Below are positions 24,101-39,000 of a DNA stretch of 64,000 bases, one piece after another (positions within the stretch are counted from its first letter, which is position 1; each line of letters begins with the position of its first letter). This DNA comes from Nemertoderma westbladi (Eukaryota; Animalia; Xenacoelomorpha). The notes below the pieces were generated by a model. That model ran no database searches and was not told the DNA's origin. It was given only the letters and a program-made list of their open reading frames with translations. The DNA lies in assembly GCA_032718475.1 (NCBI GenBank), contig JAUCBJ010003381.1:55453-119452 (forward strand), written 5' to 3'. Made by a program: the position numbers and the translations under genes.

Positions 24101-27100
24101 TCATAATATAATAGTCGATTTTTTTGGAGTCCAGCCAATGGCATTCTAGAACGGTTTATGTAGCACAATGTAGCGACGTCATTAAGTACGCTGATTTGCC
24201 AACCCTGCGAGTTGGTAAATATTCGGATTCTAGGCCTGGGACGGTATTATGATGGGGGGTGGTAGTGCTGGTGTCAAGTCTAGCATGTCAAGTCAAGTAT
24301 ATCAAAATAAATTAGAAATTAGAACCTTAACATTCCTACACCATTACTGAATATAGTGTCTTTCTTTTAGTGTCGATATTATATTGCCCAGTTGCGCCGT
24401 TATTCTTCGTATTTATAGTGAATTCTGGGTTCCAAAGGAAAGGTATCATGGAAGCGTGTCAGAAAACGCGGCTAAAAGCGCGGAAAAAACGCCTCAACGA
24501 AAATGGCCTTCTCAGTAGGCCTTGTGCAAATTATTATTTTTTTTCTACCTTTGGCGTTTTATGGACTTCAATTGACGAAATTGTTTCATAATGCGATTAA
24601 GTTGTGACAATGAAAAAATATATGCATAAATAATGGAATCAAGTGTATTCACAGTGTTGAAGTCAATGGCTTCTATGTCCAACTCAATTTATCGATTAAA
24701 CTCAATGATATTGAATTTATTTTCCTTAAAGTTACCCACTCTTCTACACATGTGTGTGAAAGTCAAAGCCAAGCTGACATTAAAGCATAGAACATCGCCG
24801 TGACCGTCACAAAGGTCGAACCCCCCTCCCCCTGTCACAAAATGTCACGCAAAAAAGACTGTCTACCCCCCCCCCCCCCCCCCCCTAGTGCGTGACATAC
24901 TTTATGAACGCCCCCCTTGTCATTTTATCGACTTCAATTGACGAAATAGTTCCATTATGCGATTAAGTTTTAACAATGAAAAAATTTATGCATAAATATT
25001 GTAGCAGACATAGCCTGTTTAAGTGATCACATTACTTGAGGCACTTGACTTCTCTTGGCGGAAGAAATTCAAGTCATGAATTTCAATTCAAGTATGTCAA
25101 GTCTGGTCAATTCAAGTACATATGTTGGGTCAATTATTTTGTCAAGTCAAGTCCTAGTTTGTCAAGTAAAGTGTATCAAGCGAAGTCTAGTATGCCAAGT
25201 CAAGCACATTTATATCAAGTGAAGTCAAGTATATCACGTCAGTTATGTCAGGCCAAGTCATGTCAAGTCAATAATTTCAAGTCAAGTAAAATATGTTAAT
25301 TTGTCAAGTCAAGTAATGTACAGTATGTTACGTAAATATGTCAACAGAAGTATATCAAATCAAATAGGCCTATATCTTTAAGTCAAGTGGAGTATGACAA
25401 ATAAATTATGTCAAACCAAAAATCACAAGCCATGTCAAGTACCGATATGTCAAATCAAGTATGACAAGTCAAGTATGTCAAATGAAGATGGTAGAAATGA
25501 AATGATAGATGGGATTCAGTTGTTTCGGTCGCTCTCTCTATGTATAGATAGTAAACAGCAATACAGATTAGCGTCGAACTTTATATGAAATACCAGTTGA
25601 AGACAGTTTTTACTTAGAAACCATGAAATGGAGACTAAGCTTAATTCGCATTATTTTATAATGAAACAGTAAATGAAATTTTCATATCTATTTTAGTTTT
25701 GGAGTTATTTGATTTTTTGTAGACCTCACTTATTTTGAAATTAGTATAAATTTAAGTGGTCAATTTTTTGTAAGATAAGCTATTACTTTTTCAACATACT
25801 ATAATTGTATTTGTCCTACAGGATAATTTTCGCTATGAGTTTTCCTGTTCAGTGATTTCATTTCAATTGTTACTTTCCACGGCTGACGGATTCTAGACTG
25901 TCCATCAGTCTGTCTGTCTGTCTGTGTGTCGGTTTGTCTGTCAAAATTAGGGAAATATGATATGTAACAAAATATTTTGCTTGTGGGTGAAATGAAATCA
26001 CTGACCAAGAAAACCCCATAATTATTTGTTAATTTGATATATTTCTCAATTTTGACAGACAAAAGACAAACAGGACAGACAGACCGACAGACAGACAGAC
26101 GTAAAAACATTAAATAATCAATCAAACGTAAAAAAAATAGCTACCGGAAATGAGATCACCGACCAAGAAAACCCCATAAATAGATATGTTTCTTAATTTG
26201 ATTTATTTCTCAATTTTGACAGAAAGACAGACCGACAGACAGACGTACAAACATTAAATAATAAATCAAACGTAAACATAGATATCAGAAATGAAATCAC
26301 CAACCAAGAAAACCCCATATATAAATTTTTTTGTTAATTTGATTTAGTTCTCAATTTCGACAGACAGATAGACAAACAGACAGACAGACAGACAGAAAGT
26401 CTAGATTTCTTTAAACTGGAAAAGTGAAATTTTAACTGTAATTACCACCCAGTGACATTTTAAATGTTATCACCACCCAGAAAAACCTTATAACACAAAT
26501 TTTGAACAGTTTGTGCACTTCTTAAATTTTAACAGACTGACAAACCAAAAACAGACAGACTGACTGACATGCAGACAATCGTCTAGAATCGATATATAGT
26601 GAAAACCGATATCGTATTTTAAATCATCGGCAAATAAAAACCCAAAAGCAAAAAAATTTAGGTGGTGGTGTTATATTTATTTATTTGTTACATTTTTGAC
26701 AGAGAAACAGACAAGTATTCAGACAAACAGACAGAGTGACCTCCAATAAAAATACAAATTAAAATATTGTCGCCAAAGTTCCATACACTGATGTGTATCT
26801 GAATTCTGACGTATGTACCTAATGTTTTACAAGTCTGCTTTGAAATATCGTAAAAGTTTACATAATAATCCCCCCAATTACAGAAAATTGGCGGGAACGT
26901 TTGAAACTCTCATAACTTTAAAGCCGTTTTTCTCAAAACTTTGTTAATATTTGGTCATTAGACTACTAATTTTCAAAACTCAATATCTTTATCGGATTTG
27001 AAATCTGTTTTCAGTGTTCGATTCAGCATAAAAATGTGTATTTGAATCAATAAAAAAACACAAAATTATTTTTTGTAACCGTAGGTCGGATTCTTGATCA

Positions 27101-27665
27101 AACCCCACATTTGTAGATAATTAGTCATTATTATCATATGTAATAAATCACACAAGAATTTGCACCACAGGTTTCTTGGACGTATTTTTAACTTGTATAT
27201 TTATTTTTTATACAACAGACGTGTTTCATCAGTACTAATTACATAATTTGTTACATTATTCATTCTTGCTGTATATATTGCATATAATGGCGAATTAATG
27301 CTATTAACTTTTGACGCATTTGCAACTATATATATATATATTTCATGTGTATGATAAAAAGGCATATGTTACATACATATATCGCATCATTTTACTACAA
27401 TTCAACATTATTTTGGTGATAGCATTAACTAATGTTTCCTTTATTAAATGAGAATAAAATATTTAAAACAAAAATAATATCTAAAAGTATTAGTTAGTTA
27501 GTTTATTTATGATGATCTTAATCTGAACACTGTATATTGTATAATTCATAGCCCCATAATAAAAATAAATTGGCAAGATACCATCATATCAGTTCATTAT
27601 TACCAGCATTAATTCAACACAGTGGCGATCCACTTAGACTATTTACTCTATCTAATGGAAACTAC

Positions 27666-27715
27666 CAGGGCCTTCATAAAATAATTCATATAATAGTTAT
27701 TTTATGAAGGCCCTG
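27666..27715. mobile_element. 50-bp palindromic mini-insertion with target-site duplication
   Basis: 19-bp arms CAGGGCCTTCATAAAATAA / TTATTTTATGAAGGCCCTG, flanked by duplicated AAACTAC. It is absent from the paralogous site at ~22095-22105. Confidence 0.85.
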
Positions 27716-28115
27716 AAACTACCCATTTACAAGCGAGTTTATCATAAGTGAAGCAGTTTAGCACAGAAAAAGCTTTCTTCGTGGTGGATTAAGTAATTTT
27801 ATGTTCATTGGTACTTTGCACTGGTTGAACAAAAAAATAGTGTGTGACATCTGACTTTAGACCTAAAATACACTGAGAGCGCCACTAAGGCGTAATCGTT
27901 ACAAGTAGTCAATACGCCCAGATATCCATGATAACGCCCTTGTTACATTTCCCAAAATCGTTAAAACGCCGTTATACATAACCATTTATGTCGAATTCGC
28001 TACGTGTTACATCTATATATATATATGACTACCTACATAATAGCACAATTATTGATTACTTTACATCTTATATTTATGTAATCACAAACACAACGTGGTA
28101 AATAAATATTAATCC

Positions 28116-29200
28116 TCAAGCGGACGCGATTGAATTACCTAACAGTAACACCCATCGGTCAATTAATATAGAAGAATTTTTACAAGTTGAGTAACATGCT
28201 TCAATTATAGAATTAGTAGAATTATGTACACGGCGATATAGCGAGTAAATGTTTGAACGTAAAATAGCTTTAAAATTGTTAACTCTATTTGCCACGAAAA
28301 TAGTATCGGCATCCTCAGTACGGGAATAATTGAATAATAAACGGAAACCGCAATTGTAAGCAACCTTTAATTTCCGCAGGCATTCTACTGTAAATACAGA
28401 CCATAAAGCACAGCAGTATATACTGTAGCAAAAACTCTGAAATAACTGACGCTTTACCGGATGTGAACAAACTGAAAAATTTCTTGCCAGCTGGTTGCCA
28501 CGACAGTACAGATTACGTCTCATTAGCATAATGTCCGATTCATCTGAAAAATCACAACTAATGAGATGGCCAAGATATTTCACCTCCTTGACACAAGATA
28601 ATATTTTACCATTGAGATATACATCACCTGCACGTCCAAATTTCCTAGGTAGAAAATATAAACATTTAGACTTAGTTGGGTTGTAAGAAATATCAAATTT
28701 AATGCCATACAGTTCACAGATTTTTAAGAGAGCTCTCAAACCAAAAATACTAGGGGAAAGTAAACATAAATCGTCTGCATAAAATAAATGATTTAAAAGG
28801 ATACTTCCCAGCCTACAGCCCACATTAATTTTGTTAAGCTCCAGGCTGAGGTCATTAACATAAATATTGAACAGCATGGGCGATAATAAGCTACCCTGTC
28901 TAACACCATTTGACACAGAAAAATATGATGAGACCGCTGCACCCCAGCACACAGTGACGGACTGCATACTGTACCAATAGGCAGTAATACGAACAATACA
29001 AATTGGTATGTTTACATCGAGCATTTTACGAAATAGTTTAAAATGATTTACTCTATCAAACGCTTTCGAGGCATCTAAGAATGCACCGTATACTGGAGAG
29101 TCCCGAGTAATATAAAGCTGGATAGTTTCTTTTAAAGTAAATATACACAAGTCTGTTCCTAAATGTTTCTGAAACCCGAACTGATTGTCCGCTATTTTAG
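28116..29200 (-). mobile_element. 5'-truncated LINE reverse transcriptase (RTE-X-like; clade uncertain)
   Basis: NQFGF, FLDASKAFDRV, VRQGSLLSPMLFNIY, YADD and KYLG motifs in ORF 28116-29345. The N-terminal ~45 aa do not look like RT. Confidence 0.9.
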
Positions 29201-29462
29201 CACAATTAATAATACACGAAATTATACAAGACTCAAAAGTAGCTGCTGATAATCTATTGATAAATTTTCGAAAGATTGTAGCATCACGATTTGGAATGTC
29301 AGTTTGCACACTATCTATCTTTACATGCTCTATCCCACTGGTCACTCAAGTTAGAAAATTTGGGCCGCTGCAGTTTCAATCGGCTTTCCCATTTGAAAGT
29401 GCGTTTCATCACATTCAAACCTTCGTTTCCGGCACTAAGTGTGAGGGCGATTTAATTGTTAA

Positions 29463-30294
29463 CCCTATTAGTACCGGGCCGGGCTATAACATGTTGTACA
29501 AATACCTATCGTTTATACGATAATAAAATCATATGATTACCATAAATGGCTGTTTAGTCCTCTCTGCGTAGGAAAAAAATAAAATAAATAAGTAACCAGC
29601 ACTTTTCAGTTAGAACACAAAATTTTTTATTCACTTATACGATGCTATAAATTCACATTTATAGGTTTTCTAGGGCGCTGATTCTAATGGAATACATTTC
29701 TAATATGCCAGATCATTGCTACTTGTATTTTACGGCGTAGTTTGGCAAATTTTGGTGCTAGCACCAAATTTCGTACCCATCACCAAAAAGTACAAGTTTG
29801 CGATGTCTAGTGCTGTTTTTATTGATTCCATTGGATTCAGGACCCTCATAAACCCGTATAACACAAGGAACAAGATGATACTATCTATTGATCAATTTGC
29901 TCATTTTCAAAAATTCGGTGCTGGAACAACAATTTTCACCCACCGGCGAAAAATACAAGTTTGAAAACTGTTATAAAATTCCATGAATTCCATCCAATTG
30001 CTAACACCAAAAACCGGAGTAAAACAAAAATAGAGATGTTACAAATCATATTTAATGAACTGTACTTTTCAAAAAACGTCACAAAAAAAGTGCCAAAAGT
30101 AGCGTTAGAAAATGGTGCTATAACTCGAAAACTACCAAATATTTTTGGAAACGGGTTTCATTACTAGAAAGACAATAGATTTTTAGGAAAAGTCATAAAA
30201 TTTCAGATTCCCAACTGCGTTTGTTTCAGAATAATAACAAAAAAACCACGGGGGGGGGGTCATATTGACCCCCCCCCCCCCGGGTTTAATAGGG
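29463..30294. mobile_element. Non-autonomous piggyBac-like element (832 bp)
   Basis: TTAA on both sides (29459-62 and 30295-98). Termini CCCTATTAGTACCGGG and reverse complement CCCTATTAAACCCGGG. Confidence 0.72.
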
Positions 30295-31821
30295 TTAAGC
30301 GATCTAAAGTTACATCAACTTTAGTATCTACAAGGCGAACTTCAAAACGGAACTCAATATCCATTATTTAACATAACTATAGTATCAGGAGTTAAAGAGT
30401 ACAGTAATTTGGATCGCAGTAACTATGGAAGCAATTAGTAAGATACCGCAGTTCAATTAATTTTGTAACAATATTTCGCTCTATCTTTTATTAAAGAATT
30501 GAGCAACAAAAAAAGTGCAAATTTAAGAATAAAATTATCTATTAAATGGGAAAAAGGTAGAACATTTTTTTTCAATATTCTCGTGACCCTTTATCAACCT
30601 CGCTGGCGCTGGGTAAATGAAATGCCTCGAGAATTTTGAAGAAAAGTTAAAAGTTTTTCCCAGATGTAATAAATAATTTTTTTGATGTGCTATCAATAAT
30701 TCATATTTTGTTGAAATCCCACCTAATATATACAAAAAATATAATAATAAAATAAATATAATAATATTTACTATAGTTTATGGATGTCTATATATATTCA
30801 TATATATATATTGGAATTATCTGGAATAAATATGAAAAAAAAAAATAATAAAAAAAAAAAAATAAAAAATTTCAAACCACTGGTTTGTAAAGTTACAATT
30901 TTGGAATAAAACTCAGATATTCTTGCTTTGCTTCAAAGCACAGAGTGGTGATATACTGATCTTTATGTGCTATTTTTGGTTATATTTTTGTTACTATATT
31001 CTTGTTGAAGTTTTTACATTGCCATATTACGCTTTTGTCTTTCTGCATGTTGACCTTAACCTCCTTATTTTCACCCTGCAGTATTAGTTTATTCTGATTA
31101 CCGTTAATGTTTTATTAATATTTACGTATTATTTACTAAAAGGTTCTAAATTTTTAAATATAATGCTTTACTAATTAGTACCATTAAATATCATAAATTC
31201 AGAATTTGTAATTTTGCAACTCTGAATTATTGAACATACATCCTGTGAATGAAGCTTATTTATACGTTTTGGTTATTGGAGGGGTAGGGGGGGGGGGGGG
31301 GGGGGGGGTCGAATAATTCGATGTAGTTGGAGTTTGGTGTTATTTTATATATAATTTTAAATTTATACTTCTATAATCGGCCTGCTGCATTGAAGCTGCA
31401 CATTGAGATACTATGCTGGCTTTCAAAAATATTTCGCCACCACTATATAATCCACAATTGGCTTGCCCCAATACAACGTGCATTACGAATGCTCAGGCGG
31501 CTTAAGTGTATGAGTTAGTACGGATTGCGATTAAGTCTGGATTGATTTATGGGGGTGGGCGGAATCTTGAGGGGGGGGGGGGGGGGGGGGGTGTCTGAAC
31601 TGGAGTAAAGCGTGCTGAGCAAGTTACTTATCAAGTTCATAAAAAGAACTTGATAAGTTTACCCTGCATCCCAAGTGAGTGTGTGCCACTATTTAATTAA
31701 ACTTGTCATTCGTACTAAGTACTTACTAAGCAAGTAAGTAAAACTTGAAAAAAAAACAGATTAAACTTGTCAGTTGTTGTTGTCAGCAGTTGTTGTTGTT
31801 AAACTGAGCAAGTCATGGTAG

Positions 31822-34800
31822 ATAAGATAAGATAAGATAAGATATGTATATTTTTACTACTTGAAGAAATCATAACCATATTGACATGCATCATAATATA
31901 ATTATATAAAACTTAAACAAGCGATAGTATGAATTCATCATGCAGATGGAGGCCGGACGGGTTGAACCCATTATTTCGGACACCATATTAATACTACAAA
32001 AGTTACTGTACTACACTACTGTGACTGTACTACACTATGTAATCGTAATCATGAAAATTATTTAGTATTTTAAATGTATTTTAAATTTCAATATTTACTA
32101 TTTATATATTATTATGCTAAAGTTTGGTACCATTTAAAGGCTATTTGAAATTACGCAGACAGACATAGACAATCAAATAACATATTGCCTCATACAAACA
32201 TCCCCCCCCCCCCCCCCCTCTCTCACTTCTTAAGTTCCTTTAACTCTAAACTAACTAGTTTAATTATTAATGCAGACAAATTATGAAAAATAAATGAAAA
32301 TTACTTCTTATGTATCTAACAATAAACCAATCATGTGGTTACGTATTCTTGTTTTGAAAATAGGTAGTGATTGAGCTTGTCGCACTTCAGTGGGAAGAGT
32401 GTTCCAAATTTTTGGAGATTGATGGTAAATTGAACTTTGGCGTATTTTTAATCTGCTCCTGGGTATGTAACAGTTATCAAGTAGATGGGCATTGCGAGTA
32501 GAATGAGAGTGAATTGAAGTTAACGGTGTCAAAAGGTTGGGGAGAATATTACTAGGGAGAATTTGTTTGATATATTTAAAGCATATCGTGCTAATTTGTA
32601 TTGTATAAATCGACTTTAGTAGCATAGGTTTAAAAATAGGATCACGTTTGTTAATGTATGCAATTATACGCTGTTGTTGTTTACTGAGTGAGAAAATTGC
32701 AGCAGAGGCAGAGTGTAATTTAACTCCGCGTAGTCGTTTTTTACGCCATTTGGTATGGGATCGCCCATTATTGTTAGGTTGAAGAAGGTCTGTGCTTGTG
32801 TTCCAGATACTATTACCCCATACTGATGTGCAATAGGACAAATAAGGATGAATTAGTGAGTAGTAAAGATTGGTTAGCATTTTTGGTGTTGCAAACCATT
32901 TTATTCTGTTTATAATTCCGCAGTTTCTACTTATTTTACGCTTCAACATATTCAGGTGATTTTTCCAGGAAAGTGTTTCGTCGAGTAATACACCAAGAAA
33001 TTTAACTTCTTCTTTTTTATCAATTGATTTCCCGTCAATATTAATAGTATTGTTATTAATGTTAATTGGTTTAGTAGATGCTCTGAAGATAATGTAATTT
33101 GTTTTATCTGTATTAAGGGATAGGCGGTTCAAGTGGAACCACCTGGAAATTTTGGATAATTCAGAATTAGCCATTTTGAAAAGGTTATCGATATCAGAAT
33201 GTGAGACTATGAGATTTGTGTCATCAGCGAATATAATGTACTTTAAAATGTTAGATACATTGACTATATCATTCACATATAGTAGGAATAGAAGAGGCCC
33301 AAGGATACTTCCCTGGGGCACACCTATAGTAATAGTACGCAGTCCAGATTTGGTCCTATTAATTTCTACATATTGTTGACGTCCAGTGAGATAGTTATTC
33401 AGCCAATTCAGTGGGGTGTCAGTGATACCATAGAATTTAAGTTTGTCAATTAGTATGTTATGTGGAACTGTATCAAATGCCTTAGATAGGTCAATTGATA
33501 TGGCTAAACTAAATTCCTTATCATCTAAAGCCTTAGTTACGATATCCAGTAGATTCAGCAGGGCCAGTTCAGTTGACCTGCCATGACGAAATCCATATTG
33601 GTTAACTGTAAGTATTGCCTGTTTGGTTATGTATTGTAGAATTTGATTAAAAACGACCTTTTCAAACATTTTTGAAAAGAATGGTAGAACTGAAATAGGA
33701 CGATAGTTTTTTGTCCAAGTAGGGTCTCCTGACTTAAAAATAGGTATTATACGACCAATTTTTATAGCATCTGGAACACAACCAGTATTTAGGGAGTTAT
33801 TTATAATACTTGCTAAAGGCCTAGCTACGCTATGTATAACTGGAATAATTATTTTTCCAGCCAGTCCATCATGACCACAGCTAGCCTTTTTGTTTAGTGT
33901 CCGAGTGACATCAATAAGTTGATTGACAGTTATTTTAGTAAATGTGGAAAAGCGCTCTGGAAATTTAGGTGGAGTCAAGTAGTCCAGAGGAGAACCATCT
34001 GCGTGAGGGATATTCGCATCGAGATTGGAACCAACTTTTACATAATAGTCATTAAACATCGTAGCTATGGTAGAGGGATCAACATATGAGCGGGAATTTT
34101 GATTAATTAATGTTGGGGAGGTATTGGTAGATTTTCTATTTATTAATAAGTTTATTGATTTCCACATATTTCTAGCATTATTCTTATTCTTATCTAAATT
34201 GTTTTGAAAATATTCTTTTTTTGCATGTCGTATTGCACTTTTCAATGAGTTTCTATATCGCCGAAATTTTTTATTATTATCATCCGATGGATTCTTAATG
34301 TATAGGTAATAAAGATTATCCTTTCGTTTGATACAACGCTGCAATCCCTCGCTAATCCATGGTGTATTGATATTTCTTATTTTAACTTTTTTAATTGGAA
34401 ATGTAGAATTGTATAATTTTATGAAAGTGTTTGTGAACAAATCATAGGCTAAGTTAGGATTTGCAGCATTAGTGTAAACATCCTCCCATTTTTCAATACG
34501 TAACAAGTTATTAAAGTTGTCTATTAGTGAGTCATTTATTTTTCGTGTTAATATGTATTTTTCCGTTCTTTGTTTCTTATTAAGTGGCAATGGGTTATCC
34601 AGTAGGAATATTGGTAAGTGATCCGTGATTGCAGTAATAAATATTCCAGATTCGGTATCTTTGGATATAGTATTACAGTATATGTTATCAATACACGAAG
34701 CTGAATTCTCAGTAATTCGAGTTGGTTTTGATATGGTTGGAAAAAAATTAAAGGAGCAAAAAAAGTTAAAAAAATCTTGTGTGTGAGCATGGCGATCCAT

Positions 34801-34962
34801 TTTTAAAAGATCAACATTGAAGTCTCCCATAATGTAGCAAATTTTACCCTCATCCGATATTTTTTTTAATACTGGTTCAAGTTTTGTGATAGTGTCTTGA
34901 ATGTCTAGTCCAGGTGGGCGGTAGACCACGCCAAGTAGTAGTTGGTAGCAAGTTTTTTGCAA
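31822..34962 (-). mobile_element. 5'-truncated CR1/L2-group LINE: partial APE endonuclease plus RT (ORF 32308-34962), 3' UTR and (TCTTA)n tail
   Basis: VYRPP, MGDFN, CIDNI, TDHLP (APE). NYRPISVL, DLSKAFD, PQGSILGP, FADD, KFLG (RT). TAAGA repeats at 31823-31842. Confidence 0.92.
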
Positions 34963-35636
34963 GTTTATTACAAAATCTTAGCAAGTTTATCCTGGATTCT
35001 GGTCCGGGATAATCCTGACTTATTATGAATGCCCCTACACAATTTTCTCAGTCTCCTGGCCCTGGAGGCCTGAAATTTGGAATTGAAACTGGAATCTGTT
35101 TCAGGAACACTGCCCCCGACGTTGACTAGCTGCCCAGCCGGTTTCAATATCCATAGCACCCTGCTCAGGAGTAGACTGCGTGAGGGATTACTAGGGGTAC
35201 GAGTTGGCACTCCATTTTCCACACCACCACTCCTGCGCCTGCTGCTTCTCACATGACCCCTCATTGTTCCGCCATAGTAGTGGAAATTAACGATTGATTT
35301 CCTTGACAGATAGTACCCCTGATGGTTCAAAAAATAGAAAAATATTTTTTTAGCCAATTTTGTACAGAATTTAACACTGTTGTCAGAACTGAAATCCGTT
35401 TTTTGATTGCATTATTGGCTGATTTGTGAGCCGTGTGAGCCGCGGAAATTTGAAAATTTATGAAAATTTGGAAATTACTTGACCATATTACCATCATCAT
35501 TTATAACACTGGCGGGAAATTTAAATATCATTTTTATACAATGTAGGCCTAATATAGGTACTGGCCTAGTTTATAATACTGATACCTACTGGTTCTGTAC
35601 TGAATTAGAATTAGTATTTTCAATTGATCAAATAGG

Positions 35637-36050
35637 ATGCCTCGGGTGAAGAGTTCATCGTTCTCTCAGCGTTCTTTCCGCGGTAATCACCACAATAAAT
35701 TGGAGAATTCAAAAAAACGCACTTCCTCCCAATCTAAAGTTCGACAAATCCATGGTGGTGACCGAGAATGCGGTAATGGGTATTCAGTTGTTTATATCGA
35801 CATACTCTTGGATGCTATAAAGTCCTTCACCATCTGTAAGGTATGTAATGAGGGGCCTGTAGAGTTGAGTGTATCGGAGAATATTATCGGGTTGGTGTCA
35901 GAACTTGTTCTGAATTCTGGAAGTTGCTCTGTGGTGGAAGTTTGGTGGTCATCGCCCAAACTTCCCAATCAGAAATTCGATATAAACCTTGAAGTGTATT
36001 CCGTTCTGTGGTTCTAGGTAAAGAAGGTGCAGATACTTCTGTGCACTAAT
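35637..36050 (+). pseudogene. N-terminal fragment of a Mutator-like/Kolobok-type transposase, truncated by the downstream LINE
   Basis: GYSVV...CKVC...GLVSELVL...C...SSPK...FDIN resembles the Cys-rich N-terminal region of these transposases. The frame is disrupted near 35990. Confidence 0.5.
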
Positions 36051-36094
36051 GGATCTGTCACATACTGTTACTCACTAAGGAAAATATAATAAAC

Positions 36095-39000
36095 AGATAG
36101 TCGAGAGTCGCCTCGGTCCCAAACCAAAGTCTAAACCAACTAAGACGACTGACTAGCCAGCCTACATCTCGACCGATAATAATTCGATTTACTCGCCACT
36201 CGTCGCGGAATTATATCCTCTCCCATAAAGGCGATCTTCCTCGTGGAGTTTACGCATCTGAGCACTTAACCACTCGACGGTCGGCAATCCTACGTGAGGC
36301 CAAATCCCTTAAAAAATCGAAGGCGCTCCACTCGGCCTACACCAGGAACGGGAGTGTCTTCGTTAAACATAAACTCGCCGACAAACCAACGCTCATCTAC
36401 ACCCTTTCCGATCTCGATACTTTTAAGCGGAGTCCTCCCGCTACTCCTAATGAGGAAGCTGTTAACGAATCCTCCGACGTCGGCATCCCGGTCCACGGAT
36501 CTCCCGGCAACCACGGTCCAAACACTTCCGTTCGTCGATTGCGCTCAAGTTTTACCCCGATCATCGATGATCCCGAAACTGATATCTAGAGTAATAGGCC
36601 ACTCTATACTTGATGGTTGTTTACTGCCATGATGGGTCACTCTAATTTTATACTAATTACATCTCAGAATAAGTCCAATTTAGAACTGTAATAATTCTCA
36701 AGAACAATATCCACTATATACATTCGTTAATTAGGACTAGTTTTTAATGCTACATTATAAAGCTCAGTAGAGGCTTTTCCTTATGTTAGTGCAGTGTAGC
36801 GGTATAATTTATCGGTACCTCACGTAGGTCATTCTGTGTTACTTTTAGTGCGTGCTTTTTTGTTGTCTACGTAAACTCTAGGATATATTGTTGTAACCCC
36901 CCCCCCCCCCCCCCTTCCTCCTCCTTCCCCGCGTTCTACTGCTCCATGTTTCACACCCCCGACTTCTGTAATTTTTGCTATTCTAGATTCGATCCTACTG
37001 ATAGTATAATAACTTGTAGTCTATGCACCGATCAATATCACTTACCCTGTGGCTCATACCTACTTCCGACTGAACTATTCATTGCTGAGCGAAATCGAAC
37101 TGACATTTATTGTATATACTGTTATTCTCAAATTTTCCCTTTTTCCACAGTTAGTACAGATGATTTAGACATATTTCCTGGTTATAATGTATCATCCCAA
37201 ATTAATATTTTTAATCAAACATTTTCTCATCTCGACCCTGATAGTAATTTAACAAACCTAAATATAGACGGAGGTACTTACACTGAGAAAATGTTTAATA
37301 ACGAAAATAAATTTACAGACAATAATCCTTCGCTTTCTGTGTTTCAGTTTAACTGCCGTAGTTTACCAGCCAATTTATCTGCCATAACTGATTTTTTATT
37401 GACAATTGACAACAAATTTGACATACTTACCTTTTCTGAAACATTTCTAACGGACAACTCACCTGGTAACAGTATAAAAATTAGTGGCTACAAAGATCCA
37501 TTTTTAGGTAACCGTAAAACTGGCAAATTAAATAGAGGGGGGGGCTGCTATATACGTCAAAGAATCTCTCGAGGTATCAAAAAGGGACGATCTAACAATT
37601 AGCGATCTTGAAAGCTCCTGGATTGAAATAAAACGACAAAAATCTAAACCTCTAATTATAGGAACTCTATACCGTACGCAAGCTATACAACGTGAACACT
37701 TTCTCTCTCTACTAGATTCTTCCTTATCTAATCTAGCTAACTCGCACTGTGACGTCATTATAACTGGAGACACTAACATTAACACACTACATACATCTAA
37801 AGATAATCCCATGGAATATATTAACCTACTCAACTCATATGGCTTTATTCAATTAATAAATGACCCTACACGCGTAACTCCTTGGACCAAATCATGTATA
37901 GACCATATAATTACGAACATCACAACTTCAGTTACTAAATCTGGTACTTTTCGTGTTAAAATCGGGACATCTGACCATCAACCGACATTTACTCTACTCC
38001 AAAATTATTCTTGTTATTTTAATAAACCAAAAAATTACTCTGTATTTGACTTTTCTAAATTTAACTCACAGAATTTTATTAAAGAAATTAAATCACCGAA
38101 TTCCTGGACATTCAACTCAAACAATATTCCAGATAAAGAAAAATTTGATCTATTTTATAAGGACTTGGAAAATATTTGCAGCAAACACGTACCAAAAAAA
38201 ATTGTCCCCCCACGAAAGGTACCAAATAAACCCTGGATAACTGATGCTCTAATAAATAGTACCCTAACTAAAAATAGACTATATCGTCAATACTTAAAAT
38301 ATCCCACAGAAACAAATTCCAAAAAGTTCAAATGTTACAGAAATAAATTGACTTCAACGTTGCGAGCAGCGGAAAAACAATACTACTCCACTCAATTTGA
38401 AAACAATTCTAAAAATATTCGTAAAACGTGGTTGATAATCAATACAGCATTAAACAAATCTAGAAAAAGAAACATTCCAAAACAAATCACAACCCGCACC
38501 GAACATTCATTCCAAACCACTAGAGACCCGACCAAAATAGCAAATATTCTTAATACTCACTTTGCTACTGTAGGTTCTAAACTAAGTAGGGACATCCCCA
38601 CATCTAGTCGATCCCCGCTCCGCTTCATTTCTAACTCCAACAGGCGCCCTAACTCTTTCTCTCTTGCCGAAACTAGTCCAGTGGAAGTTGAATATCTACT
38701 ACTACATCTTAACCCTAAATCGGCGACAAACGACTCTTTCCCAACTAAGCTACTCCTACTTGCGGCTAAACCTATATCTATATATCTCAATAAACTAATT
38801 AACCTGTCAATTAAATTAGGATTTTTTCCGTGTTCGCTCCAAATAGCTAAAGTTATTCCTTCATACAAAGCTGACGATCCAACTGATTCTAACAACTATA
38901 GACCAATATCACTTCTCCCAGTCCTCAGTAAAATATTCGAACAAATAATAAACTCCCAGCTACTCGCTTATCTAACGAAATATAAAATACTAACTAATTC

